A stretch of DNA of 64,000 bases from an uncultured bacterium. GTDB taxonomy: Bacteria; Bacillota; Clostridia; Lachnospirales; Lachnospiraceae. The stretch's first letter is position 1. Every line of letters begins with the position of its first letter. Location: contig CAJMQQ010000005.1 in NCBI GenBank assembly GCA_905215625.1, forward strand, positions 548-64,547. Direction: 5' to 3'. Below are positions 46,229-54,347 of this stretch, one piece after another. A program made the translations under genes and the position numbers. The notes below the pieces were generated by a model. The model worked only from the letters and a program-made list of their open reading frames with translations, ran no database searches and had not been told where the DNA came from.

Positions 46229-47020
46229 ATGAATAAGTATACAGAACGTATTTACAATGGTATTATCAAAGAAAATCCTACCTTTGTCCTGATGCTTGGT
46301 ATGTGTCCGACTCTGGCAGTTACCACATCTGCTGTCAACGGTCTGGGCATGGGCTTAAGTACCACCGCGGTTTTGATTTTCTCTAACCTGCTTATCTCAG
46401 CACTGAGAAACATTATTCCGGATCGGGTACGTATTCCGGCGTTTATCGTAGTTGTAGCATCCCTGGTAACCATGGTTCAGCTTCTGATCCAGGCGTATCT
46501 TCCATTCTTATATGATGCGCTGGGAATTTACATTCCTCTGATCGTAGTAAACTGTATCATCCTGGGACGTGCAGAGTCCTATGCATCCAAGAATACCCCT
46601 CTTGCATCTGCATTTGACGGTATTGGTATGGGACTTGGATTTACCGTAGGATTAACCCTGATCGGTATCTTCCGTGAACTGTTAGGATCCGGATCCTTCT
46701 TCGGAATGACCATTATTCCGGAATCCTTCCATATCTCTATTTTTGTACTGGCTCCTGGCGCATTCTTTGTACTGGCAATGCTGACTGCATTACAGAACAA
46801 GTTTAAAGCTCCTTCCGCTACCAATGGTTCTGTATCCGGCTCCAAGCTGGCCTGCGGCGGCGACTGTTCCCACTGCAGCGGTTCTTCCTGCATGGCAAAC
46901 CATGATATTTTAGAGACCCGTCAGAGACAGGCAGAGGAAGAAGCGCTTGCAAAGAAGAAAGCAGCGCTGGCAGCAAAAGAAGCAGAGTTAAAAGCAGCAA
47001 CTGCTAAGAAGAATGAATAG
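46229..47020 (+). CDS. rnfE: Rnf complex subunit E with a C-terminal Cys-rich/charged extension
   Basis: A core RnfE/NqrD-like polytopic region of about 200 aa. It is followed by ...ACGGDCSHCSGSSC... and a Lys/Ala/Glu-rich tail. Confidence 0.88.
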   Translation: MNKYTERIYNGIIKENPTFVLMLGMCPTLAVTTSAVNGLGMGLSTTAVLIFSNLLISALRNIIPDRVRIPAFIVVVASLVTMVQLLIQAYLPFLYDALGIYIPLIVVNCIILGRAESYASKNTPLASAFDGIGMGLGFTVGLTLIGIFRELLGSGSFFGMTIIPESFHISIFVLAPGAFFVLAMLTALQNKFKAPSATNGSVSGSKLACGGDCSHCSGSSCMANHDILETRQRQAEEEALAKKKAALAAKEAELKAATAKKNE

Positions 47021-47033
47021 GAGGAAGGATTAG

Positions 47034-47609
47034 ATGCAAGAATTATTATTGATTGCCATTGGTTCCGCCCTGGTAAACAACGTTGTATTGAGCCAGTTCT
47101 TAGGCCTGTGTCCCTTCCTTGGAGTTTCCAAAAAGGTAGAGACTTCCGCCGGAATGGGCGCAGCTGTTATTTTCGTTATTACACTGGCCTGTATTGCAAC
47201 CAACCTGATTTACAGCTATGTGCTGGTACCTTTAAACCTTGAATATCTGCAGACCATCGCATTTATTCTGGTAATCGCAGCTCTGGTTCAGTTTGTGGAG
47301 ATGTTCTTAAAGAAAAATATGGTTTCCCTATATGAATCTTTAGGCGTATATCTTCCTCTGATTACCACCAACTGTGCAGTGTTAGGTGTTGCATTGACCA
47401 ACGTTCAGAAAGAGTACAATTTCGTTGAGAGCGTGGTAAACGGCATCGGTATTTCCGTAGGCTTTACCATTGCGATTGTTATGTTAGCCGGTATCCGTGA
47501 AAAGCTTGAGAACAATGATATTCCTTATAACTTCCAGGGATCTCCCATTGTTCTGATTACCGCCGGACTGATGGCAATTGCATTTTTCGGATTTTCCGGA
47601 TTAATTTAA
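47034..47609 (+). CDS. rnfA: Rnf complex subunit A
   Basis: 191 aa, a polytopic RnfA/NqrE-like sequence (...LGLCPFLGVSKK...TNCAVLGVAL...). Confidence 0.93.
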   Translation: MQELLLIAIGSALVNNVVLSQFLGLCPFLGVSKKVETSAGMGAAVIFVITLACIATNLIYSYVLVPLNLEYLQTIAFILVIAALVQFVEMFLKKNMVSLYESLGVYLPLITTNCAVLGVALTNVQKEYNFVESVVNGIGISVGFTIAIVMLAGIREKLENNDIPYNFQGSPIVLITAGLMAIAFFGFSGLI

Positions 47610-47624
47610 AGGGGGAGACGAAGG

Positions 47625-48419
47625 ATGAATATTATCGGAATCGTAATTGCCTCAGCAGCAGTTGTAGGAATTATCGGTATTGTAATTGGCGTGCTGTTAG
47701 GCGTTGCCAGTGAAAAATTTAAAGTAGAAGTAGATGAAAAAGAAATCCTGGTCAGAAACGAGCTGCCTGGAAACAACTGCGGCGGCTGTGGTTATGCAGG
47801 ATGCGACGCTTTAGCAAAAGCAATTGCAGCAGGCCAGGCAGACGTAGGCGCCTGTCCAGTCGGCGGAGCGCCGGTAGCAGAAAAGATTGCTTCTATCATG
47901 GGTGTAGAAGCAGGCGCAGGCGTAAAGAAAGTAGCATTTGTAAAGTGTAAAGGTACTTGTGACAAGACCAGAATGCAGTACCGTTACTACGGAATCGACG
48001 ACTGCCGCAAGGTATCCGTGGTTCCTGGAACTGGTGAAAAAGCCTGCTCTTACGGATGTATGGGTTATGGCTCCTGTGTAAAGGCCTGTGAGTTTGACGC
48101 AATTCACGTTGTAGACGGCGTTGCAGTCGTAGATAAGGAAAAATGCGTTGCCTGCGGCAAGTGTACAGAAGCGTGTCCGCTGGGTCTGATTACCTTAGTT
48201 CCTTACAATGCAGAGCATCTGGTACAGTGTAATTCCCACGATAAAGGCAAGGATGTCAAGGCAAAATGTGACAACGGCTGTATCGGCTGTACCCTGTGCA
48301 CCAAGCAGTGTGAATTCGACGCGATCCACATGGACAACAACGTAGCAGTCATTGACTACGAAAAGTGTACTAACTGCGGCAAGTGTGCAGAAAAGTGCCC
48401 GACAAAGGTAATTCTGTAA
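47625..48419 (+). CDS. rnfB: Rnf complex subunit B (polyferredoxin)
   Basis: 264 aa with an N-terminal TM helix, an NNCGGCGYAGCDA cluster and several CxxCxxCxxxCP motifs. Confidence 0.9.
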   Translation: MNIIGIVIASAAVVGIIGIVIGVLLGVASEKFKVEVDEKEILVRNELPGNNCGGCGYAGCDALAKAIAAGQADVGACPVGGAPVAEKIASIMGVEAGAGVKKVAFVKCKGTCDKTRMQYRYYGIDDCRKVSVVPGTGEKACSYGCMGYGSCVKACEFDAIHVVDGVAVVDKEKCVACGKCTEACPLGLITLVPYNAEHLVQCNSHDKGKDVKAKCDNGCIGCTLCTKQCEFDAIHMDNNVAVIDYEKCTNCGKCAEKCPTKVIL

Positions 48420-48443
48420 GAAATGTTATAAATTTATAAAAAG

Positions 48444-48487
48444 ACGCTGTCTGATTGTCAGTTGATGATGATCAGGCGGCGTTTTTG
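48444..48487 (+). terminator. Rho-independent terminator after rnfB
   Basis: 12-bp stem ACGCTGTCTGAT / ATCAGGCGGCGT (two G-U pairs) followed by TTTTT. Confidence 0.75.
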
Positions 48488-48502
48488 CTGTCAAAAAAAC
48501 TA

Positions 48503-48530
48503 TTGACAGAACACCAGGAATCAAGATAAT
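48503..48530 (+). promoter_or_regulatory. Sigma-A-like promoter of the NifX-FKBP fusion gene
   Basis: TTGACA (48503-48508), a 16-nt spacer, then GATAAT (48525-48530). Confidence 0.45.
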
Positions 48531-48580
48531 AATAAAGAGAGGCATTAAGCCCTAGAAAATATGGAAGATGAGGGACATAA

Positions 48581-49429
48581 ATGAAGATTGCAGTAACTTA
48601 TGATAATGGAAATGTATTTCAGCATTTTGGAAAGACCGAATTTTTTAAGATATATCAGGTGGAAAACAATCAGGTGGTTTCCAGCGAAATAATTAGTTCC
48701 AATGGCAGCGGTCATGGAGCATTGGCTGGTATTTTGGCCGAGCAGGACGTAGACGTACTGATTTGCGGAGGTATTGGGGGCGGCGCCCAGGCAGCCCTTG
48801 CAGAAGCAGGAGTAGAACTGTGCGCTGGCGCTCAGGGTGACACCGATCAGGCGGTTTGTGCCTATTTATCTGGCGAACTGGTATCTACTGGCGCAAACTG
48901 TGATCACCACCATGAGGAAGGCCATGATTGCGGCCATCATGAAGACGGCCATTCCTGTGGAGGCCACTGCGGAGGTTCCTGCGGTTCCCGTCCTGCATTA
49001 AGCGGACGGAATGTAGGAAAGACCTGCCGGACTCACTATAGGGGAACCTTTAATGATGGAACACAGTTTGACTCTTCCTATGACCGTGGAGAGCCGTTGG
49101 AATTTATCTGCGGCGCAGGCCAGATGATTCGCGGATTTGACGCAGCAGTAGCAGATATGGAAGTAGGACAAATTGTAGATGTCCATTTGATGCCGGAAGA
49201 GGCTTATGGAATGGCAGATCCCAACGCCATATTTGCAGTGGAAATTGCACAGCTTCCAGGCTCTGAAAATCTGGAGGTAGGCCAGCAGGTATATCTGACC
49301 AACCAGTATGGACAGCCATTTCCAGTAAAGGTAACAGAAAAAGATGCAGATACCATTACCTTTGATGCAAATCACGAAATGGCAGGAAAGGAATTAAACT
49401 TCCAGATTGAGCTGGTAGAAGTCAGATAA
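48581..49429 (+). CDS. Fusion protein: NifX/NifB-like (FeMo-cofactor-binding family) domain + His/Cys-rich linker + SlyD-like FKBP peptidyl-prolyl isomerase
   Basis: N-terminus MKIAVTYDNGNVFQHFGKTEFFKIY...VDVLICGGIGGGA. Linker CDHHHEEGHDCGHHEDGHSCGGHCGGSCGS (48899-48988). C-terminus ...HYRGTFNDGTQFDSSYDRGEPLEF...FDANHEMAGKELNFQIELVEV. Confidence 0.75.
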   Translation: MKIAVTYDNGNVFQHFGKTEFFKIYQVENNQVVSSEIISSNGSGHGALAGILAEQDVDVLICGGIGGGAQAALAEAGVELCAGAQGDTDQAVCAYLSGELVSTGANCDHHHEEGHDCGHHEDGHSCGGHCGGSCGSRPALSGRNVGKTCRTHYRGTFNDGTQFDSSYDRGEPLEFICGAGQMIRGFDAAVADMEVGQIVDVHLMPEEAYGMADPNAIFAVEIAQLPGSENLEVGQQVYLTNQYGQPFPVKVTEKDADTITFDANHEMAGKELNFQIELVEVR

Positions 49430-49510
49430 ATAGCAATTATAGGAAAACAGGACTTGCGGCAGATGCCGGAAAGGGCGCAAACTATGAAGGAAAAGGAAAG
49501 AACAGAGAGA

Positions 49511-49825
49511 ATGAAAAATATAGCATATATTCTGGCTGTTTTTGGACTTGGAATTCTGCTTTGCGCCTGCACTCCGAAACATTCCGGGACGGAATCTGCT
49601 GCAAAGACGCCAACTGGCTATCCAAGTGATGAAGTGCAGCGGCAGACGGTTTATTATGATGGAAAGCTGTACTGGTACCAGTTTGATGGCTTTGATAATT
49701 CTTTAGAAGAGGGATTTGAACTGGCTGGAACTGTCGAAGAAGTTTTTACGAAGGAGTATCCATCCAGCGAGTATGGCGGAACCAGGGTAGAAGCTGGACA
49801 GAAACAAAGTTTTAAGATAAAATAA
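49511..49825 (+). CDS. Small putative lipoprotein
   Basis: Signal peptide MKNIAYILAVFGLGILLCAC with a lipobox-like LCAC. In-frame alternative starts exist at 49484 and 49454. Confidence 0.5.
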   Translation: MKNIAYILAVFGLGILLCACTPKHSGTESAAKTPTGYPSDEVQRQTVYYDGKLYWYQFDGFDNSLEEGFELAGTVEEVFTKEYPSSEYGGTRVEAGQKQSFKIK

Positions 49826-49835
49826 AAGGAAACAA

Positions 49836-49853
49836 TATACACTCGTGTGTACA
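49836..49853 (+). promoter_or_regulatory. Putative LacI-family operator, copy a (upstream of PTS IIC-IID)
   Basis: TATACACTCGTGTGTACA, a CG-centred 18-bp palindrome 26 nt upstream of the ATG at 49879. Confidence 0.5.
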
Positions 49854-49878
49854 ACAAGGGAGAAAAGGGGATAAGACG

Positions 49879-51450
49879 ATGGAGATAACCTTCGTTCAAT
49901 GTATTTTGATTGGAGTATGGACGGCTTTTTGCATGACAGGGATGCTGATGGGGACATACTTTACCCGTTGTCTGGTAATGGCTGCAGGAGTTGGAGTAAT
50001 TTTGGGAGATGTGGAAACCGGACTTCTCATGGGAGCGGTAGGAGAACTGGCCTTTTTGGGATTTGGGGTTTCTTCCGGCGGATCTGTTCCGCCTAATCCA
50101 GCCGGACCAGGCATTATCGGCGCAATTCTGGCGATTACAATGAAAAACCAGGGGATGGACGCAGATGCGGCGCTGGCTTATTCCATACCGTTTGCCATAT
50201 TGATTCAATTTGTGATTACAGGAATTTACACAGTGGCGACGGGATTGGTGCCAAAGGCAGAGCAGGCAGTAGAACAGGGAAATTACAAAAAATTTCATTT
50301 GCTTGCGAACAGCACGATCCTGATGTTTCTGGCAGCAGGATTTCTCATTGGTTTTGTAGCTGCGTCGCAAAACCAGAATTTAGAGACACTGATCCAGATG
50401 ATTCCCGCATGGCTGACGGAAGGCCTGGGAGCAGCGGGGAAGATGCTGCCGGCAGTAGGATTTGCAGTGATTTTAAGCGTCATGCTGACGCCGGATATTG
50501 GACTGTTTGCACTGTTAGGATATGTTCTGGCTGCATATTTAAACTGTTCGGTAATTGTAATTTTCCTGATTGCCTTAGGCGCAGCGGTTTTTGCGACGTT
50601 TTTTGGAAAAAAGAAAAGAGGCGCCGATGGAACCGGTAAACGATCATCAGAATTCGTAAAAAAAGATAGTCAATATTCGGAACGGATCCCCCAAAAAGAA
50701 CTTCGCCGTATTTCCAGGAGAACGGCGCTAAAGGCCTATTTTCTTCAAAATGGATATAATTACGGGAACTATGAAGGGCTGGCTTATGCAGAGATTTTAT
50801 ATCCGGCATTAAAGCGGATGTGTAAAAATGATGGAGAACTCCGACAGGAATTAAAAGACAGCCTGGGGTACTGCAGCATAAATCCGAATTTTTTGCCGAT
50901 TTTAACGAGTTTCCATCTGGTTTCTTTTAATAAAGGAATGCCTGCAAAAGCGACAAATGATATACGGCTTGCACTGATGGGTCCGTTGGCGGGGATTGGG
51001 GATTCCCTGGTACAGTTTTGCTTTGCGCCAGTATTTTCTACGATTGGAGCATTAATGGCCCAAAAAGGAATGATTGCCGGCCCTATTGTATTTTTACTGG
51101 GAATGAATTCTTTGATTTTAGGTCTGAAGTTGTTAAACGAAGAACTGGGATTTCGCCTGAGTACTTCCCTGGCAGATAAAATGAAAGGCAGCTTGACGCC
51201 AATTTCCAGAGCGGCCCGCATGGTTGGAACATCTATTATTGCCGGACTTGTCGTTACCAGCGTAAAAATAGAACTGGCAGCATTTCCATTTCAGGAGATT
51301 GCAGATACCGTTTTTCCAGGGGGAGCAGCTGTAATTCTGACAGGTCTTTTATTCTATCTGATAAAGATTCGGAAATGGAATATGTACCGTCTGGTAGGCG
51401 TGATTCTGGCGGCTGGAATTATTTTAAAAACAGTGGGAATGCTGGTTTAA
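49879..51450 (+). CDS. Fused PTS mannose/sorbose-family IIC-IID membrane protein
   Basis: 523 aa. Residues ~1-240 are IIC-like (...GELAFLGFGVSSGGSVPPNPAGPG...). A charged linker follows. The rest is IID-like (...LRRISRRTALKAYFLQNGYNYGNYEGLAYAEILYPALKRM...). It is a single uninterrupted ORF. Confidence 0.8.
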   Translation: MEITFVQCILIGVWTAFCMTGMLMGTYFTRCLVMAAGVGVILGDVETGLLMGAVGELAFLGFGVSSGGSVPPNPAGPGIIGAILAITMKNQGMDADAALAYSIPFAILIQFVITGIYTVATGLVPKAEQAVEQGNYKKFHLLANSTILMFLAAGFLIGFVAASQNQNLETLIQMIPAWLTEGLGAAGKMLPAVGFAVILSVMLTPDIGLFALLGYVLAAYLNCSVIVIFLIALGAAVFATFFGKKKRGADGTGKRSSEFVKKDSQYSERIPQKELRRISRRTALKAYFLQNGYNYGNYEGLAYAEILYPALKRMCKNDGELRQELKDSLGYCSINPNFLPILTSFHLVSFNKGMPAKATNDIRLALMGPLAGIGDSLVQFCFAPVFSTIGALMAQKGMIAGPIVFLLGMNSLILGLKLLNEELGFRLSTSLADKMKGSLTPISRAARMVGTSIIAGLVVTSVKIELAAFPFQEIADTVFPGGAAVILTGLLFYLIKIRKWNMYRLVGVILAAGIILKTVGMLV

Positions 51451-51457
51451 AACAATC

Positions 51458-51485
51458 TTGACAAATCAACAAATAATGCTAATAT
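51458..51485 (+). promoter_or_regulatory. Sigma-A-like promoter of the isomerase gene
   Basis: TTGACA (51458-51463), a 16-nt spacer, then TAATAT (51480-51485). Confidence 0.45.
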
Positions 51486-51490
51486 AGCTA

Positions 51491-51508
51491 TATACACACG
51501 TATTTACA
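51491..51508 (+). promoter_or_regulatory. Putative LacI-family operator, copy b (weaker)
   Basis: TATACACACGTATTTACA lies immediately downstream of the -10. The left half is perfect and the right half matches 6 of 8. Confidence 0.4.
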
Positions 51509-51575
51509 AAGACAAACTTGTACAATACAAATAACAGCATCAGAAAAATGATGTTGTTCGACGGAGGGGAAAAAG

Positions 51576-52922
51576 ATGAAGCGGAAATTAAATGTAGGAT
51601 TTGTAACAACTTACTCAGGACGCTGGCCAAAAGAACTGCCAGAGCAGCGGGACAGGGAATACGGAGCCTGGCTGGAAGAACAGCTTCCCCAGGTCAATGT
51701 GATAAAGGCTTCCCGGATTGGCTGTACGAAAGAAGCGCTGGAAACCATTGCAGGAGAATTTAAACAGGCTTCTGCAGATGTTATGGTGCTGGTATATGGT
51801 GCGTTTACAGGGGACGACGCGGCTGCATACCTGACTGAGACGTTAAATATTCCGATTATTTTATGGGCGCCGTATGAGGTTCCATTTGAAAAAAATACCA
51901 GACTTTATGCCAACGCCCTTTGTTCCATGACAATGAATGCCGCATCTTTACGCAGATTAGGAGCAGTTTATCATACAGTATATGGAAGCAAAGAAGACGA
52001 GAGGGCCGCTTCTAAGATTCGTTCCCTGATTTTGGCATATCACACAGTAAAAGCCATGAGAAATACCAATTTAGGGCTTTTAGGATACCGGCCGACTGCA
52101 TTTTATAACTGCGCATTTGATGAAGGCTTGATTCGCCGGACATTTGGAGTAAAAATTGAAGAAACGGACTTAAAAGTAGTTTTTGATAAAATGGCAGAAC
52201 TTCCGGAAGAAGCATGGAAAGCCGATATGGAGAAGATGGAAAAGACCTATAATATGGATACGCTTCCGGACGGACATTTGGAAAACCATTCCAAGCTTTA
52301 TCTGGCATTAAAAGAAGTAATGACAGCGCAGGGATATGATTATGGAGTAATTAAATGCTGGCCAGAGATGGGAAATCTCCATACTACTCCATGCGCAGTC
52401 TTAGGAAGGCTGGCAGATGACGGCGTCCACATTGGATGCGAGGGGGATGTCGATGCAGAATTGGCTCAGATTGCCGAAAACTATCTGACCGGACTTCCCA
52501 CCTTTATTACAGATATGATTAATATCGACGAAGAGAAGAATACCATGACATTCTGGCACTGCGGAAATGCTGCTCCATCTCTGGCAAATCCAAAATATGA
52601 GCTGCTGATGAGAAATCATCCGTTGGCAGGACAGGGAACTGCATTCTGGGGGGCATTAAAGCCAGGAAATGTGACCATTGCCAGATTCTGCAACATTGAC
52701 GGAGCGTATAAGCTGTTTTTGATGAAGGGTGAGGCAATTGATATGGATCGCTATACCAGAGGAATCATGGCAAATGTGAAGGTAGAGCGTCCGGTTCGGG
52801 AAGTAATTGAGCAGATTATTGAAGAAGGCGTACCGCATCATTACAGCCTGGTATGGGCAGATGTGGCAGAAGAGTTAAAACAGGTATGTCAGCTGCTTCA
52901 GATTCCGGTGATTGAATTGTAA
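51576..52922 (+). CDS. L-fucose/L-arabinose isomerase-family protein (substrate unknown)
   Basis: 448 aa with ...LGLLGYRPTAFYNCAFDE..., ...IKCWPEMG...GCEGDVDAELAQ... and ...TFWHCGN..., as in FucI/AraA-like sugar isomerases. Confidence 0.7.
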   Translation: MKRKLNVGFVTTYSGRWPKELPEQRDREYGAWLEEQLPQVNVIKASRIGCTKEALETIAGEFKQASADVMVLVYGAFTGDDAAAYLTETLNIPIILWAPYEVPFEKNTRLYANALCSMTMNAASLRRLGAVYHTVYGSKEDERAASKIRSLILAYHTVKAMRNTNLGLLGYRPTAFYNCAFDEGLIRRTFGVKIEETDLKVVFDKMAELPEEAWKADMEKMEKTYNMDTLPDGHLENHSKLYLALKEVMTAQGYDYGVIKCWPEMGNLHTTPCAVLGRLADDGVHIGCEGDVDAELAQIAENYLTGLPTFITDMINIDEEKNTMTFWHCGNAAPSLANPKYELLMRNHPLAGQGTAFWGALKPGNVTIARFCNIDGAYKLFLMKGEAIDMDRYTRGIMANVKVERPVREVIEQIIEEGVPHHYSLVWADVAEELKQVCQLLQIPVIEL

Positions 52923-53037
52923 ACCTAAATGGATAACGGGAAGTTCTATCCGTGTACAGGGACAATCCACGAAAGAGTGAATATAGGTGTCTGTACATGG
53001 ATAGAAAAAATACATTAAGAAAAATCGACAAAATTAC

Positions 53038-53066
53038 TTGACAGAATATCTGGAATGTTGTACTAT
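53038..53066 (+). promoter_or_regulatory. Sigma-A-like promoter of the LacI-family gene
   Basis: TTGACA (53038-53043), a 17-nt spacer, then TACTAT (53061-53066). Confidence 0.5.
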
Positions 53067-53072
53067 TTAGAT

Positions 53073-53090
53073 AGTACATACGAGTGTATA
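53073..53090 (+). promoter_or_regulatory. Putative LacI-family operator, copy c (autoregulation)
   Basis: AGTACATACGAGTGTATA starts 7 nt downstream of the -10. Confidence 0.5.
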
Positions 53091-53122
53091 TCTGAATCAG
53101 TGAAATATAAGGAGTTGCCAGA

Positions 53123-54139
53123 ATGGCAGAAAACAAAGAGCGCGTTACCCGCGCAGACGTAGCGAAAATGGCAGGAGTCAGTGAAACAGTTGTTTCCTAT
53201 GTAATTAATAATAACCGTTATGTAGCAATGGATAAGCGCAAAAGGGTAGAAGAGGCGGTCAGGGCTTTGAATTATCGCCCCAATAATATTGCCAGGGCAT
53301 TAAAAGGCAAGCAGAGTAATCAAATTCTGTTTATTGCAGATCACATTACCAATGAGTATTTTGCAAGTATTGTTAGTGAGATGGATAAATATGCATATGA
53401 TTCCGGTTATCTGATTTCTCTTTGCGCAAACCGTAATACAGAAGAATTTGTTTCCCAGGTAATCAGCAGACAATATGATGGCATTATCGTCAGTTCTGCC
53501 AGTTTTCCGCCGGAATATGTAGAGCAGTTTACCCAGGCTGGGATTCCAGTGGTGGTATTCAGACGGCTTCGCCATCAGAAAGCAATCGAAAAAGCTGCAT
53601 ATTTAGGAACAGGCCTTTATACAGGGGCCAGATCAGCAGTTAGCCACTTGATTCAAAAAGGCTGCCGGAATATTGTTTATATTGACCGGATCAGCGCCAG
53701 GGGCCATATCAGTCCTCCAGATGATGTGCGATTCAGCGGTTTTGTAGATGAGATGGAGGCCAATGGATTTTTAGTAGGTCCGGAAAATATTATCTGCGGG
53801 TGCCGCAGTCAGGAAGAACTGGAAGAAGATGTAAAACGCAGATTCCGGACAGGTTCTCAGGTAGATGGGATTTTCGGCCGGAATGATATGATTGCCTGCA
53901 TTGCTATGACAGCGGCCGTACAGATTGGACTTCGGGTTCCGGAAGACATAAAGGTAATCGGGTTTGACGATTCCAGTATAAGCCGGTTCTGCTCTCCGAA
54001 ACTGAGCACTATTAGTTTAAAGAAAACAGAAATTGCTAAGACAACGATGGATATGCTGACTCAGATGATTAGTGGAAATCAGCCGGAAAATGTGGATTTT
54101 GATACAACACTGATAGAGAGAGACAGCACAAGAAATTAA
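53123..54139 (+). CDS. LacI-family transcriptional regulator
   Basis: 338 aa with an N-terminal HTH (VTRADVAKMAGVSETVVSYVINN...RKRVEEAVRALNYRPNNIARALKG) and a periplasmic-binding-protein-like effector domain. Confidence 0.92.
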   Translation: MAENKERVTRADVAKMAGVSETVVSYVINNNRYVAMDKRKRVEEAVRALNYRPNNIARALKGKQSNQILFIADHITNEYFASIVSEMDKYAYDSGYLISLCANRNTEEFVSQVISRQYDGIIVSSASFPPEYVEQFTQAGIPVVVFRRLRHQKAIEKAAYLGTGLYTGARSAVSHLIQKGCRNIVYIDRISARGHISPPDDVRFSGFVDEMEANGFLVGPENIICGCRSQEELEEDVKRRFRTGSQVDGIFGRNDMIACIAMTAAVQIGLRVPEDIKVIGFDDSSISRFCSPKLSTISLKKTEIAKTTMDMLTQMISGNQPENVDFDTTLIERDSTRN

Positions 54140-54206
54140 ATTGAAAGGAACTGCTGTATCATAAATTTTGCGGAATTTGTTTTGCAGCAGAACTTTTTTC
54201 CAGAAT

Positions 54207-54224
54207 AGTACACACGAGTGTACA
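54207..54224 (+). promoter_or_regulatory. Putative LacI-family operator, copy d (upstream of the ABC/sulfatase operon)
   Basis: AGTACACACGAGTGTACA, the best palindrome of the four. It overlaps a weak candidate -10 (AATAGT at 54204-54209, with -35 TTGCAG at 54182-54187). Confidence 0.55.
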
Positions 54225-54347
54225 CGAAAAAAGCCATAGATAATTATATGGGGCAGAATATTTTATAAAAAACACAGGAATTTCTGTGTGAAATATAACG
54301 TCGATGAAAATCGGGGTTAAAAACAATTAAGAAAGCGAGGAAGGGTT

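Noticed and set aside
49654-50370. 238-aa ORF on the minus strand, overlapping the lipoprotein gene end and the PTS IIC start
   Set aside because: It is antisense to a strongly supported PTS IIC-like coding frame. Its translation is low-complexity (Ser/Arg/Cys/His-rich) with no recognisable domain or RBS. This is typical of a shadow ORF.
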